From: an uncultured Clostridium sp.
GTDB taxonomy: Bacteria > Bacillota > Clostridia > TANB77 > CAG-508
Direction of reading: 5' to 3'
NCBI GenBank assembly: GCA_945919455.1
Contig: CAMEJH010000005.1
Span: 1-63,759 of the forward strand
Length of the DNA: 63,759 bases
The position numbers and the translations under genes are program-made. Below the pieces are notes generated by a model. That model was not told the DNA's origin and did not search any database. It saw only the letters and a list, made by a program, of their open reading frames with translations. How positions within the stretch are numbered: position 1 is the stretch's first letter; each line of letters starts with the position of its first letter. Shown piece by piece: positions 36,994 through 45,863 of the stretch.

Positions 36994-37671
36994 CTATTTT
37001 TTGTATTTTTTTAGATATTCTTTTTCTTGTTCAGTTACTCTATATGATTCACATATTTTTTGTATAGCTTTATTTAAAGTAAATGTATCTAATTTATTAC
37101 TTTTAATATATTTTTCAGTTTTTTCTTTTTGCTTTATATATGCAAATGAAATAAGCCAAGCTATTGCCATTTGTACATAATATTCTTTATTGGTTATTTT
37201 ATCTATTTTCTTTAAAATTTCATCTATATATTCTTCTGTTAAATAGTAATTTAAATACATTACAAGTGCAAATCTTATTTCATATTCCTTATCAGAATTA
37301 ATATATTGTTCCAAGAAATCCCACATTTCTTTCATATATTTCTTTGTTATTTTTAGATTACTACATGTTGTGTCACAAACAGCCCAACTGTTTATTTTAG
37401 GAACAAATTCTTTTAAATATTTAAATGTATCTTCTATACTAATTTTAGAATATCCAATAACTAACCCATGTAAAGCTAATTCTTCATAGTATTCATCTTT
37501 AACATTTCTCAAAAACTCGTCATAATCTTTTTTTGAAATTTCTTTTGCCATTTCTCTTAATTTTGGAACTCTTACACCTATTATATTATCTACATTTGGA
37601 CATAAACTACTATGAAATTCTTTGTACTTTAAATCTTGCAACTCAAACAATTTACTCTTTATATCTTCCAT
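36994..37671 (-). CDS. DNA alkylation repair protein (HEAT-like repeat family)
   Basis: 225 aa. The N-terminus LQDLKYKEFHSSLCPNVDNIIGVRVPKLREMAK is typical of the DNA_alkylation family. Confidence 0.8.
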   Translation of the reverse strand: MEDIKSKLFELQDLKYKEFHSSLCPNVDNIIGVRVPKLREMAKEISKKDYDEFLRNVKDEYYEELALHGLVIGYSKISIEDTFKYLKEFVPKINSWAVCDTTCSNLKITKKYMKEMWDFLEQYINSDKEYEIRFALVMYLNYYLTEEYIDEILKKIDKITNKEYYVQMAIAWLISFAYIKQKEKTEKYIKSNKLDTFTLNKAIQKICESYRVTEQEKEYLKKYKK

Positions 37672-37735
37672 ATGTTACTCCTTTTTTATTATTCAACCAT
37701 TTATATCATAATTTGTCAATTACTTATATATTTTG

Positions 37736-37778
37736 TTTGTAATACAAATGTAACATAAATGTAATATAAATGTAATAC
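37736..37778. repeat. Four helically phased TGTAAYAY boxes (11-bp period)
   Basis: TGTAATAC AAA TGTAACAT AAA TGTAATAT AAA TGTAATAC, read directly. They lie in the divergent region upstream of the 37851 gene. Confidence 0.6.
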
Positions 37779-37850
37779 ACTTTTACGACAAATTATTGTA
37801 TAATATATTTGACGAATTTTTATACAAAAAGACAAAAAATGGAGGATACA

Positions 37851-38933
37851 ATGAGCATCGAATCTGATTTACGAAAAGATGGAATTAGAGTTGTCGATAT
37901 ACTTGATACTATGTCTGTAAACCGAATCGCTCATAATGTTGCAGCAAAGCTTTGTGAAACATTCCCAGAACTTTGTTTCAATGAGACAGATTTATTTGCA
38001 AAACTTTCTAAATTAAATATGTATAGAGCAACTATGCCAGAAGGCATGGCTGAAGCTAATTACTTTTATAAAAATACTTCTATTTATTTTAATAGTAAAG
38101 TAGAAGATGAAGATTTAGAAGAATTTGCAATTCATGAATGTATTCACTATATTCAAGAAGTTAAAGATAAAAAAAATAATCTTATTCGTATGGGATTATG
38201 TAATTTTGATAATTTTAAAATTATTGGTATGGGCTTAAATGAAGCTGCAGTTCAATATATGGCATCTAAAGTTATTGGCATTGAAAAAGATTACGTAAAA
38301 TATTTTGGTATTTCTTTTAGAACTATAAGTCCTTCATATTATCCTTTAGAGTGTAATTTGATCGAGCAAATGGCTTATATAACAGGTGAATCAGTATTAT
38401 TTGATAGTACTTTTACAAGTAACGATAATTTTAAAAATGCTTTCATTGATTTAACTTCAGAAAAGGTTTATGATGATGTTCAATATTATATTGATCAAAT
38501 TCTGGAACTTGAAGAAAATCTTATAAAATTAGGTAATAAATTTTCTTCATTTGACGAAAGAAATAAAAAAGTTGATAAAATAGTTGCAAAAACTGATAAC
38601 TGTAAAAATAAAATTACTAATTATTTTATTAAAGCTCAAAATTTAATTATAAAAAGTTATTTTGATAAATCTTTTAAACAAATTAGTAATTTAGAAGAAC
38701 TTGATAATTATAGGAAAAAATTAGAACATTATGGAGAGTTTATTGGTCGTACAGATGACTATACTTTCTTTGATGATTACTATACAGAAAAGATGTCCGC
38801 ATTAGAGCATAAGTCTAACGTACTTGAAAATGGCGGTGTCGAAACTGCTCTTGAATTCAAGAAACCTAACAAATTTGTTTCTTGGCTAAGAGCAATTAAA
38901 AACTTCGTAACAGGAGAAAAAATACATAATTAA
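37851..38933 (+). CDS. Hypothetical protein with HExxH motif
   Basis: 360 aa from ATG 37851, behind GGAGG. FAIHECIHYIQ is a possible zinc-metallopeptidase motif. The rest is helical. I recognise no family. Confidence 0.55.
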   Translation: MSIESDLRKDGIRVVDILDTMSVNRIAHNVAAKLCETFPELCFNETDLFAKLSKLNMYRATMPEGMAEANYFYKNTSIYFNSKVEDEDLEEFAIHECIHYIQEVKDKKNNLIRMGLCNFDNFKIIGMGLNEAAVQYMASKVIGIEKDYVKYFGISFRTISPSYYPLECNLIEQMAYITGESVLFDSTFTSNDNFKNAFIDLTSEKVYDDVQYYIDQILELEENLIKLGNKFSSFDERNKKVDKIVAKTDNCKNKITNYFIKAQNLIIKSYFDKSFKQISNLEELDNYRKKLEHYGEFIGRTDDYTFFDDYYTEKMSALEHKSNVLENGGVETALEFKKPNKFVSWLRAIKNFVTGEKIHN

Positions 38934-38951
38934 CTAATGATTTGTAAAATA

Positions 38952-39098
38952 CAAAAGATTTATTGTTATACTAAAGTTAAAGCTTTACAAATGATAAATG
39001 TACAGATGATATTTTGCAAGTTATATATTACAAAAGATTTTACAAATGATATTTATACTAAAGATTATACAAATGATAAAAGGGTGTTTTAACTAACA
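38952..39098. repeat. Degenerate direct repeats with three TACAAATGATA boxes
   Basis: TACAAATGATA at 38996-39006, 39051-39061 and 39088-39098, and variant TACAGATGATA at 39011-39021. ACAAAAGATT and TATACTAAAG each occur twice. Confidence 0.5.
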
Positions 39099-40499
39099 CC
39101 CTTTTTTATTCTCTAAATATTCTATTATTGAATTTGCCGCATCTCTACCAGATCTGGCAGCCCATGCAACAGTACTCTTTGCTCCGGCAATATCTCCACC
39201 AGCAAAAATTTTAGGTTTTGAAGTTCTATTTTTTTCATCAATTTGTATGTATCCCCATTTATTTAGGTCTAGCCCTAAAACTTGTACAAACTGTTCAGGC
39301 ATCGAACCAAGTGCCATAACAATATAATCTATATCAATTATATAATTACTATTAGGTATATTTATAGGAACTTTTCTTGTTTCTCCTTCTTTTTGCACTA
39401 GTTCTGTTTTTATTAGTTCTACTTTCTCTACTTTTGTATTCCCTAATATTCTCACAATGTTATTCTGAAATAAAAATTCTATTCCTTCTTCTTTTGCCTC
39501 TTTTATTTCTTTTACTTCTGCAGGCATTTGTTCTTCTGCTCTTCTATAAATTACTTTTACTTCTTTTGCTCCCATTCTTTTTATTGTTCTAGCACAATCC
39601 ATTGCAACATTTCCTCCACCTATTATTGCAACCTTTTTGTTAGTATAATCTGGATGAGATTGATTCTCTAATAGCTGATTTCCTCCATATACTCCATCTA
39701 ATTCTTCTCCTTCTACACCCATTTTTGTGGTTATATTTGCTCCAAATGATAAAAATATTGCATCATATTGTTTCTCTAATTCTTGTAAAGAAATATTTCT
39801 TCCCAATTCCACACCATATTTTACTTCTAGGCCTAAATCTATTATTTTTTGTACTGTTTCTTTTACTATAGTTTTAGGCAGTCTGAATTCGGGAATTCCA
39901 TGTACTAAAAGACCTCCAAGGTAGTTATATTTTTCATATAAAGTTACTGAATATCCTTTTTTTAATAAAAAAGCACTTGCTGTAAGCCCTGAAGGTCCAC
40001 CTCCTACTACTGCGATTTTTTTATCTTTGTTTGCTGTATTAGGCTCTGATATTGTATATTTTTCTTTTATTGCTATATCTCCTACAAATGCTTCTAACTC
40101 TCCTATGCTTACAGGATTAGATTTTATTCCTCTTACACATGATCCTTCACATTGCTTTGTATGTGGACATATTCTCCCACATATTGGTTGTAATACTGTT
40201 GTTTCTGATAATATTTCATATGATTTTCTGTAATCTTCTTCCTTAATTGCTTTTATAAAGCTTGGTATGTCATTTCCTAGTGGGCATCCTTTGTTTAAAC
40301 AAGGTTTTACTGGACAATTTAAACAATAATTTGATTTTTCTTTTATTTCTTCTAAATTTTTCATCTCTTCTCTCCATATTTTTAATTCTTTTTCATTGTA
40401 CACCGTTCTTATGTTTAAGTCAATCGTTTTGACCAGAGAGTTAATTTTTTCTAATGTGTTATATTGAGTATTATTATTTGCAAGAATAGATTGAATCAC
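39093..40499 (-). CDS. NADPH-dependent glutamate synthase, small-chain/homotetrameric (GltD/GltA) type
   Basis: 468 aa. Cys clusters (CLNCPVKPCLNKGCPLGNDIP, CGRICPHTKQCEGSC) and two dinucleotide folds (VVGGGPSGLT, IIGGGNVAMDCA). The start is uncertain because the first 26 nt overlap the upstream gene. Confidence 0.8.
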   Translation of the reverse strand: MIQSILANNNTQYNTLEKINSLVKTIDLNIRTVYNEKELKIWREEMKNLEEIKEKSNYCLNCPVKPCLNKGCPLGNDIPSFIKAIKEEDYRKSYEILSETTVLQPICGRICPHTKQCEGSCVRGIKSNPVSIGELEAFVGDIAIKEKYTISEPNTANKDKKIAVVGGGPSGLTASAFLLKKGYSVTLYEKYNYLGGLLVHGIPEFRLPKTIVKETVQKIIDLGLEVKYGVELGRNISLQELEKQYDAIFLSFGANITTKMGVEGEELDGVYGGNQLLENQSHPDYTNKKVAIIGGGNVAMDCARTIKRMGAKEVKVIYRRAEEQMPAEVKEIKEAKEEGIEFLFQNNIVRILGNTKVEKVELIKTELVQKEGETRKVPINIPNSNYIIDIDYIVMALGSMPEQFVQVLGLDLNKWGYIQIDEKNRTSKPKIFAGGDIAGAKSTVAWAARSGRDAANSIIEYLENKKGC

Positions 40500-40908
40500 T
40501 TATTTTCTTTAAGCATAAACAAACATTAAGATTCCCTATAACTTTATTCGCTATTAAAAATTTTCTATTTGCTTGATAGTCACCTATCATATTTATGAAT
40601 TTATTTATACTAGATATTTGGTTTAATATATCGATTTTTAATTTTGTTGTTCCATTTTGATTAATTTCAAAATCATTTAAAGATAATCTTTGATTTAAAG
40701 CTTTTTTATAAAAAGTTCTTGAATTTAATTTCGGATTTTTTATTTTTAATCCTGTTAAATGTAAAAAGTTACTTCTTTTAAAAATTATTTCTATATATTT
40801 TACATTTTTATCAACCTGATATAATATTAATATTTTTTTATTTGCCAGATTTTTTTCATATAATATTATTGCCTCTTGTAATATATTTATTGTCTGTTTC
40901 TTATCCAT
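40474..40908 (-). CDS. Hypothetical protein; PBECR-type (Barnase/EndoU/colicin-like) nuclease fold suspected
   Basis: 144 aa from ATG 40908, behind AAAGGAGA. The FLHLTGL motif and small size recall PBECR-family proteins. The assignment is weak. Confidence 0.35.
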   Translation of the reverse strand: MDKKQTINILQEAIILYEKNLANKKILILYQVDKNVKYIEIIFKRSNFLHLTGLKIKNPKLNSRTFYKKALNQRLSLNDFEINQNGTTKLKIDILNQISSINKFINMIGDYQANRKFLIANKVIGNLNVCLCLKKISDSIYSCK

Positions 40909-40983
40909 AATCTCCTTTCCCCAAAAAATTAAAAGGCTAAATAAACAATACATTTAGCATTGTTTATTCGCCCCCAATACTGA

Positions 40984-41088
40984 TTTTTCCGTTGTTCGCC
41001 AACATGTAAGTCCGATTACCTTACATCAATTTCGAGTTTTTCCGTTGCTCGCCAACATGTAAGTCCGTTTGTCTTACTCCAATTTCGA
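40984..41088. repeat. Tandem direct repeat, 2 x 52 bp
   Basis: 40984-41035 and 41037-41088 are about 85% identical (TTTTTCCGTTGYTCGCCAACATGTAAGTCCG...CAATTTCGA). Each unit has an internal hairpin, ATGTAAG/CTTACAT or GTAAG/CTTAC. Confidence 0.8.
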
Positions 41089-41171
41089 ATTTTTATGGTG
41101 TCAGTTCACCTTTATTATTATATACATTATATAAAGAAATATTTCTTTTGTCAATATGCATTTACAAATTT

Positions 41172-41732
41172 TTACATATTTAATTCTTTCATCTTTTCCA
41201 TAACCAATTTTAAGTCTTTAATAAAATCTATCTTCTTAGTTTCATCTCTTAAAAGTGCTGCAGGATGCCATGTTGGCATATATAAAATTCCTTTCTTTTC
41301 AATCCATTTTCCTCTACTTGATGTTATTCCATATTCTTTACCTAATATATTTTTTAATGCTACACTTCCCAATAAAACTATAATTTGTGGTTTTACTAAT
41401 ATTACTTGATTTCTTAGATAATTTAAGCAAGCTACTGCTTCATCATCTTCTGGATTTCTATTTGAAGGTGGTCTACATTTTACAATATTTGCAATATATA
41501 CTTCTTCCCTTTTTAACCCTATTGCTTCCAATGCCATGTTCATCAATTTTCCTGCTTTTCCTACAAAAGGTTCTCCCTGTATATCTTCATCCGCTCCAGG
41601 ACCTTCTCCGATAAACATTAATTTTGCTTCTTTATTTCCTACTCCAAATACTACATTATTTCTTGTTTGACATAGTCTACATTTTTTACATCGTTTTGCA
41701 TCTTCTTCTAATTGCTCCCAATTATCGTACAT
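41172..41732 (-). CDS. Uracil-DNA glycosylase, family 4
   Basis: 186 aa. CKKCRLC Fe-S Cys motif and GEGPGADEDIQGEPFVGKAGKLM signature. Confidence 0.85.
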   Translation of the reverse strand: MYDNWEQLEEDAKRCKKCRLCQTRNNVVFGVGNKEAKLMFIGEGPGADEDIQGEPFVGKAGKLMNMALEAIGLKREEVYIANIVKCRPPSNRNPEDDEAVACLNYLRNQVILVKPQIIVLLGSVALKNILGKEYGITSSRGKWIEKKGILYMPTWHPAALLRDETKKIDFIKDLKLVMEKMKELNM

Positions 41733-41750
41733 TTTATTCTCTCCTTTTTG

Positions 41751-42533
41751 TCAAATTTCAAAAACTTTCATTGCATTTTCATATGTAATTTTAGCAACTT
41801 CTTCTATTGCTATATTTTTAAAATCTGCTATCTTCTGGGCCACGAATTTAACGTTTCTTGAGTCATTCCTTTTTCCTCTATTAGGTTCTGGTGATAAATA
41901 TGGACTATCTGTTTCGATTAAGATCTTGTCCATTGGAACCATTTTTACAACCTCTTCTGCATTTTTTGAATTTTTAAATGTTATTGGTCCTGCAAAAGAG
42001 ATATAAAATCCTAATTGCAATGCTTGTCTTATCATCTCTTGATTTAATTGGCAACAATGAAATATTCCTTTTTTACTTACAGGATTTTCCTTTAGAATTT
42101 GTATTGTGTCAATAGATGCATCTCTTGAATGTATTACTATTGGTAATTCTAATTTATTTGCTAATTCTATTTGTTTCGCAAAAGCTTGTTTTTGCAATTC
42201 TTTATTTTCTTTATTCCAATAATAATCTAATCCTATTTCTCCAATTGCAACTAATTTTTTACCTTTATTATTTATCGCAATTTTTGAAATTTCAGATATA
42301 TTTTTCCACAATTCTTCTTCTGATTGTGGAATATCATTAGGAGAAATTCCACATATTGAATAAATAAATTTATGTTTTTTCGTAATTTCTAATGACTTTA
42401 TAGATGATGGTATATTGTATCCTGCACATACAAATTTAGTTACACCTGATTTATATGTTTCTTCTATTATTTGTTCTCTATCTTCATCAAATTTCTCATC
42501 ATTATAATGAGAATGTGAATCAAAAAATTCCAT
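41751..42533 (-). CDS. tatD: TatD-family metal-dependent hydrolase
   Basis: 260 aa from ATG 42533, behind GAGGAGG. FFDSHSHY and ETDSPYLSP motifs. Confidence 0.85.
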   Translation of the reverse strand: MEFFDSHSHYNDEKFDEDREQIIEETYKSGVTKFVCAGYNIPSSIKSLEITKKHKFIYSICGISPNDIPQSEEELWKNISEISKIAINNKGKKLVAIGEIGLDYYWNKENKELQKQAFAKQIELANKLELPIVIHSRDASIDTIQILKENPVSKKGIFHCCQLNQEMIRQALQLGFYISFAGPITFKNSKNAEEVVKMVPMDKILIETDSPYLSPEPNRGKRNDSRNVKFVAQKIADFKNIAIEEVAKITYENAMKVFEI

Positions 42534-42574
42534 TTTATTCCTCCTCAATTTGGTGCCGGTCCTTTTTGGCATTT

Positions 42575-42946
42575 TTAATAGCAAACTATTACATTTGCTA
42601 CTGCATATTGTTTACAATGCGAAATGCTTATATCAATATTTTCTATTGTTTTTATTGGACTATTTATCATATTTACATATGGTCTTCCATTTTCATCATT
42701 CAAAATTTCAATATCTTTCCATGATATATCATACTTATTTTTTAATCCAGATGATATTGCTTTAAATACCGCTTCTTTTGCAGCAAATCTTGCAGCATAA
42801 TGTTGATATTTTTGTGTTTTTTTACTTTCACAATATTGTATTTCTTCTTCTGTAAAAACTCTCTCACAAAATTTTCCATCTGTGTTTTCTATACTATCTT
42901 TTACTCTTTCTATTTCTATTATGTCAGTACCTGTTTTTATATTCAT
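42575..42946 (-). CDS. acpS: Holo-[acyl-carrier-protein] synthase
   Basis: 123 aa from ATG 42946. TGTDIIEIERV and ARFAAKEAVFKA motifs. Confidence 0.85.
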   Translation of the reverse strand: MNIKTGTDIIEIERVKDSIENTDGKFCERVFTEEEIQYCESKKTQKYQHYAARFAAKEAVFKAISSGLKNKYDISWKDIEILNDENGRPYVNMINSPIKTIENIDISISHCKQYAVANVIVCY

Positions 42947-43024
42947 AGTATCGTCAAATCCCTTCTTCGAAATATAAAACAATTAAATTTAAATTTTCAA
43001 AAAGCGACATTTCATGTCGCCTTT

Positions 43025-44254
43025 TTATTTTAATAACGATATTATTATTAAACCATTTACACATAATGTTATTATTAATAATATTGCTATTGTTATATTT
43101 ATTCTCGTGTTTTTTTCTATATTCAACTCTTTATATAAGACATCATATTTATTCTTTGTATCAAAATATAATGGATATAATTCTAATACTTCTCTTAAAT
43201 ATTGATAGAATATTGAACCAGTATCTTCTGATGTAACTTCATTTATCCATAAGTCTTGAGTGAATTTAATAAATTCCTTTCTTGTCTTCTTTATTCTTGT
43301 TCCTTCTCTAAATTCTAGATTTATCTTTTTTAAATATATTTTTGTATACATTGCTAATATATATGTGTATAAATATTGTTCCTGAAATTCTTGTGGAAAT
43401 ACTGTATAATTATTTATATCACAACTTGAACTAAATAATGTAACTCCTTGTTTTGTTACCCCTAGCTTAGCATATTTCCACTTAGATATAATTTTCATTT
43501 CATCTCTAGAAAAGTTTACACTGTTATCACTTGGTAATATATTTAAAAATTTTATATAATTATCTTTTATCTTATCAAATTCATTATTATTGTTCCAACT
43601 TTCTTGGTCTATACATACATATGAATATGTTAAAAATCTTTCTGTATCTATATCAAGTTTCATAGACTCTAGATTTGAACCTGTTAAATTTTGTATAAAT
43701 TCTTTAAAATATTTTACATCACTAAAACAGTCTGATTGTACTCTTATATTATCATAATTGTTCATATTGCTATATTCTTGATTTATATCTCTAAATTTAT
43801 AGTTGAAATTTAGCAAATCTGCAAATTTATCACTTTCTTCAATATTTGTCTTTATACATAAAAAACATATTCCTGTATTAAAACATATTATTTCTATTTT
43901 AGGTATTTTGAAAAATATTCCATTTTTTTCTGATGTTGATCCTTGTATATCCTTTTTTACTGTATACTCAAATATATTACAATTGTTTTTGGCTAAAATT
44001 GCAGCTTTCGTATCTAATGGTAATTCTTGTAGTTTTGCTAGTTTTGTTTTACTTAAATTAAAGCTGTTAAACATATAGTTCCTTGCTCTTGGCGAAAAAT
44101 ATGAATATATATCTAAGTCTTTATCTTTTTTAAATATTCTTAATTTACAATTTTCATCTTTTAGTAACTTTAATATGTATTTTATATATTTACTTTCTTT
44201 TATTACATAAGGGTATATAAAATATGTATATTGGTATTTTGTCTTTAGCTCCAT
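43025..44254 (-). CDS. Hypothetical tail-anchored membrane protein
   Basis: 409 aa. Soluble N-terminal region, long helices, and a single C-terminal TM (INITIAILLIITLCVNGLIIISLL). I recognise no family. Confidence 0.55.
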   Translation of the reverse strand: MELKTKYQYTYFIYPYVIKESKYIKYILKLLKDENCKLRIFKKDKDLDIYSYFSPRARNYMFNSFNLSKTKLAKLQELPLDTKAAILAKNNCNIFEYTVKKDIQGSTSEKNGIFFKIPKIEIICFNTGICFLCIKTNIEESDKFADLLNFNYKFRDINQEYSNMNNYDNIRVQSDCFSDVKYFKEFIQNLTGSNLESMKLDIDTERFLTYSYVCIDQESWNNNNEFDKIKDNYIKFLNILPSDNSVNFSRDEMKIISKWKYAKLGVTKQGVTLFSSSCDINNYTVFPQEFQEQYLYTYILAMYTKIYLKKINLEFREGTRIKKTRKEFIKFTQDLWINEVTSEDTGSIFYQYLREVLELYPLYFDTKNKYDVLYKELNIEKNTRINITIAILLIITLCVNGLIIISLLK

Positions 44255-44276
44255 TTATTATAACATTCCTTTCATA

Positions 44277-45785
44277 TTATTTTTCGCAATAATAATTCAT
44301 GTTTAAATCTTGTCCTAAGTGCCATTTTCCTATAAAATCAATTTTTAAATTATTTTCTAAATTATATTTTGGTTCGATAACTTCTTTACCATCACTGTCT
44401 ATAGAACCCCATAATCCATTTTTCTTTACTGATGCAAATCCATATTCGTTTTGTTCTGTTGCATCATCATATATATAATCTACTACTTGTTCTCCTTTTT
44501 TATTTACAAAACCAAATTTTCCATCCTTTTTGCTTAAAAATAATGTGTTATCAGTTAATATTTCTGTATTTGCTTTTTCTTCACATTTAAAATTATAATA
44601 TTTATATTCATCATCTATTCTCATTCTTATATAAGATTTATCTGTATTTAGTTCTGATAATATTCCTTCTAATTTTATATTAAAATCTGTATCTATTATT
44701 GTTGTCTTGTATTCGGCTGTTTCTGCAAAATATAAATTTGCTTTTTCATTATATGTTAATCCTATATATTCAAATGGTAATTTAATATTTTGATCTATAT
44801 CTATTATTCCAAACTTATCATCTTTCTTAGCTATATAGAACCCTTCTTTAGCTTCTTTAAGATATTGATATTTTGCTTCTATTGTTGTTTCTCCTGCAGA
44901 ATTCATTTCTCCAAATAAATTTCCTTTTACAAATATTAATCCTCTTGAACTTTCTGATTTTATATCATCAAAACCTTCGGTTAATACTGTTTCTCCTGAT
45001 GAATTAATTACTTTTAGCTTTCCTTCTTCTTTAACAAAGAAATAATTAGGTAAATATATTTGTTTTATGTCTTCATATTTACTTTCTAGCAATTGTTTCT
45101 TAGTTGTACTTACTACTCCATATTGGTTTTGTTCATCTATTGTTATATATCCTTCTTTATATGTTTCTCCTAAATTACTAATCTCTTTATAATTTGGTTC
45201 TATTATTATGCTTCCTTTATCATTTACAAGTCCTAATTTATCACCTTTTTTTATTAATATACTGTTTTCAATTCCTTGTAATGCATTTATTTCATCATAT
45301 TCACATGGCAATAGTTCAACTCCTGTTAAATCTATTAATCCATATTTTCCATCTTTTTTTACTTTTAAAATGCTTTTTTCATACCATACATTATTGTCTT
45401 TGTCTATATTGCTTATGGCTTCTACTTGTTCATATTTTGTGAATATTGCTTCATTTTTCTTGTTTATTGCTTTTGTTTTATATTCACCAGTTTCTTCATT
45501 TATATCATATGTACAAATAAAAACGTCTTTCGCCCTATCTGGTATGACTATCATTTCTCTATATGAAGGTGAAATAACTTCTTCTCCTTCTTGGTTTATA
45601 ACTCCCCACTTATTTGCTGAATATAATACAAAATATTCATAGTCTTTATTTAATTTTTCTCTTTCATTAAATACATTTTTTATTATGAATATGAACATTA
45701 TTATTACTGCAATTGCTAATATTACTGCTAATACTTTTTGATAGTTTAACTTTCCTTCTGTTTCATATCTTTTCCCTCTGCCCAT
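44277..45785 (-). CDS. WG-repeat (KWG-like) protein with N-terminal membrane anchor
   Basis: I moved the start to ATG 45785, behind GGAGG. There are at least 8 repeats of the pattern (K)WG/YG/LG-hI(D/N)..G..hI.P.Y..I. Confidence 0.7.
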   Translation of the reverse strand: MGRGKRYETEGKLNYQKVLAVILAIAVIIMFIFIIKNVFNEREKLNKDYEYFVLYSANKWGVINQEGEEVISPSYREMIVIPDRAKDVFICTYDINEETGEYKTKAINKKNEAIFTKYEQVEAISNIDKDNNVWYEKSILKVKKDGKYGLIDLTGVELLPCEYDEINALQGIENSILIKKGDKLGLVNDKGSIIIEPNYKEISNLGETYKEGYITIDEQNQYGVVSTTKKQLLESKYEDIKQIYLPNYFFVKEEGKLKVINSSGETVLTEGFDDIKSESSRGLIFVKGNLFGEMNSAGETTIEAKYQYLKEAKEGFYIAKKDDKFGIIDIDQNIKLPFEYIGLTYNEKANLYFAETAEYKTTIIDTDFNIKLEGILSELNTDKSYIRMRIDDEYKYYNFKCEEKANTEILTDNTLFLSKKDGKFGFVNKKGEQVVDYIYDDATEQNEYGFASVKKNGLWGSIDSDGKEVIEPKYNLENNLKIDFIGKWHLGQDLNMNYYCEK

Positions 45786-45863
45786 TGTTACCTCCAAATT
45801 ATATTTTTCTACGTGTATAATATATCACAAAATTAATAATGTTACAAGTAAAATTAAATATAT

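Noticed and set aside
40984-41088. CRISPR array
   Set aside because: There are only two directly adjacent 52-bp units, with no spacers and no cas genes anywhere in the window.
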